This document shows, one piece after another, positions 62,537 to 64,000 of a DNA stretch of 64,000 nt (its first letter is position 1; each line of letters begins with the position of its first letter). Under the pieces are notes generated by a model that saw nothing but the letters and a program-made list of their open reading frames with translations, did not search any database and was not told where the DNA came from. This DNA comes from an uncultured virus (IMG/VR IMGVR_UViG_3300031994_003577) (taxonomy: Duplodnaviria; Heunggongvirae; Uroviricota; Caudoviricetes). The stretch lies in the IMG/VR virus record IMGVR_UViG_3300031994_003577, positions 1-64,000 of that record; one strand, 5' to 3'. The translations under genes were made by a program, and so were the position numbers.

Positions 62537-63187
62537 ATGGAAGATTACATGAAAGTTATCTGCGCGATGGTGAGATCTAGCGAAGCGTTTTCTGCTTTTA
62601 TGCACACGCCGTCGAAAGAAAAGTTCTATGATTTCTGTGAAGAGCTTGATGAATTTGATGACTTTAATGTAGTTGTTGAAAATTCTGAAATCTCTGTTAG
62701 AGTTTTTCATGGAGCTACTAAGGCTTGCTTTTATGTTGATGGTTGGTCTACTCTTATTAAAATTGGTTTTTCTGATTTTAAAGTAAACCATGCTGCGCGC
62801 GAGGCGGATATGTATTCGGAAGCGTGCAAATATGGAGTTGCACAGTTCTTAGTCCCGTGTAAAAAAATCGGAAAATTTTTTGGAACGCCCGTTTTTGAAA
62901 CGGATTTTATTGAAGTTGATGAAGCTTTGGTCACTTCTGATATGTGGAATCGTTGTTCTGGTTCAATGAGTAATGATGAAATTTCTAGCTTATTGGATGA
63001 TGACGATCAATATATTTCGGTTCTGTTCCCGTTTTATTATTATGAAGATGAAGTAACTAAATTCTGTGATTTTCTTTCTGAATTTGGTATTAACGATATT
63101 CATAGTGGTAATATTGGCTATGATAGCGACGGGCGCATTAAGGTAATTGACTATAGTGGATATTATCCCTATGGTTATGCAGCTTAA
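62537..63187 (+). CDS. Protein-kinase-like (PKL fold) protein
   Basis: GATKAC, IKI, E helix, DIHSGNIG catalytic loop, IDY; own promoter. Confidence 0.65.
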   Translation: MEDYMKVICAMVRSSEAFSAFMHTPSKEKFYDFCEELDEFDDFNVVVENSEISVRVFHGATKACFYVDGWSTLIKIGFSDFKVNHAAREADMYSEACKYGVAQFLVPCKKIGKFFGTPVFETDFIEVDEALVTSDMWNRCSGSMSNDEISSLLDDDDQYISVLFPFYYYEDEVTKFCDFLSEFGINDIHSGNIGYDSDGRIKVIDYSGYYPYGYAA

Positions 63188-63196
63188 AAATTTTCC

Positions 63197-63308
63197 AAAA
63201 AATCCCATAAATTGAATACTCTTGTGGTCTAGGCGCATTAGACGCGGGCACTGTCCTCTCTTGTCATTAAATCCGCCCGTAAAGAGTATTCAGTTTATGG
63301 GATTTTTT
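63197..63308. repeat. 27-bp inverted repeat enclosing a GC-rich two-hairpin core
   Basis: AAAAAATCCCATAAATTGAATACTCTT ... AAGAGTATTCAGTTTATGGGATTTTTT. Confidence 0.75.
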
Positions 63309-63339
63309 TATGCTCCGCGCGCAGTTTACGTTTTAAGTT

Positions 63340-63800
63340 ATAGGGAATTTTCTAGAAATTTTTCCAAAAACCTCATACTATATTCGGAAAATTTTCCAAA
63401 AACGTATTATATGCGCGTGTAATTTTCGGAAAAAATTCCAAAAAATTTTCGGAAAACGCATATAAAATTCTAAAATTTTCCGAAAAATGCGCGTGAAATT
63501 TTCCGAAAAACGTACATAAAAAATTCCGAAAATTTCGTGTACGAAAAAATTATAGTTTTGAATTGAAAAAATTACATTTAAAATGTAAATTAAGGGGTGT
63601 TATAGAAATAAAAAGTAACAGAAAAAGGTTAGGGAATGTCCGGAGATGAGAACGTTACACCAAACGTTCAACCCCACCAAGTGCACGAAGAACGTATACG
63701 TTTAAACGTATAATTAAAACGGGCGAAAGGCCGCCCCAGTCCCAGCTGCCACGAAGAACGTATAAGTATAACGTATACGTTTAAACGTATACGTTAGGGT
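63340..63800. repeat. Cluster of short AAATTTTCC(G/A)AAAA repeats and AACGTATACGTT palindromes
   Basis: Many direct and inverted copies in non-coding DNA; CACGAAGAACGTATA occurs twice. Confidence 0.65.
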
Positions 63801-64000
63801 ATACAGTCGATGCGGGAGTGGAAGTGGCGAGACGGGGTAGTGCGTGAGAATGGAGTGAGATGGAATGAGTCTTGTAAAGTTTAGTTAGGTCTTGTTAGGG
63901 TAGGATAGGTCTCTGCGCCAAATTTAACACCAAAGCAAATTTTAAAATAAAATATATAATATAATATATAATATATAATACGTTAAACGTACAATAAAAT

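Noticed and set aside
63340..63800. Possible CRISPR array
   Set aside because: Repeats are short, degenerate, irregularly spaced and in both orientations; no cas genes.

Overview
A 64-kb AT-rich segment of a large, probably lytic, tailed phage. Sigma70/sigmaA-type promoters and AGGAG ribosome-binding sites suggest an anaerobic Firmicutes-type host (inference). The genome reads TAG as Gln (genetic code 15): many ORF-track fragments join through in-frame TAG into full-length genes, TAG falls on conserved Gln positions, and a Gln-type tRNA with anticodon CTA lies at 40011-40087. Layout: 1-24.9 kb (minus strand) holds nucleotide metabolism and replication genes (glyA, nrdG/nrdD/nrdH-like, dnaE, RecJ-like, primase, DnaB-like helicase, Sak4-like, SSB-like, type IIA topoisomerase A/B, UvrD-like, DNA ligase). 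25-34 kb holds tail/fibre-like Ser/Thr/Gly-rich genes. 34-37.3 kb holds a dNMP kinase, RNase HI and a lysis cassette. 37.4-49.5 kb is an RNA-rich island with a TROVE/Ro60-like vWA protein, about 20 tRNAs and several structured ncRNA candidates. 49.6-63.2 kb holds accessory genes, including an RNA ligase, a PNK-HD protein, a nucleotidyltransferase, a uracil permease and a kinase-like protein. 63.2-64 kb is repeat-rich non-coding DNA. Two observations stand out. (1) A tRNA-Thr(TGT) is split in its anticodon by an 87-nt insert that is itself a CCA-ending tRNA-like element. (2) Five RNAs share a terminal stem plus a CAGCAA motif; one is a circularly permuted tRNA mimic with YrlA/Y-RNA architecture and another sits in the leader of the TROVE-like gene. 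These suggest a phage Ro60/Y-RNA-like and tRNA-splicing/repair system. All calls were made by eye; no database searches were run.
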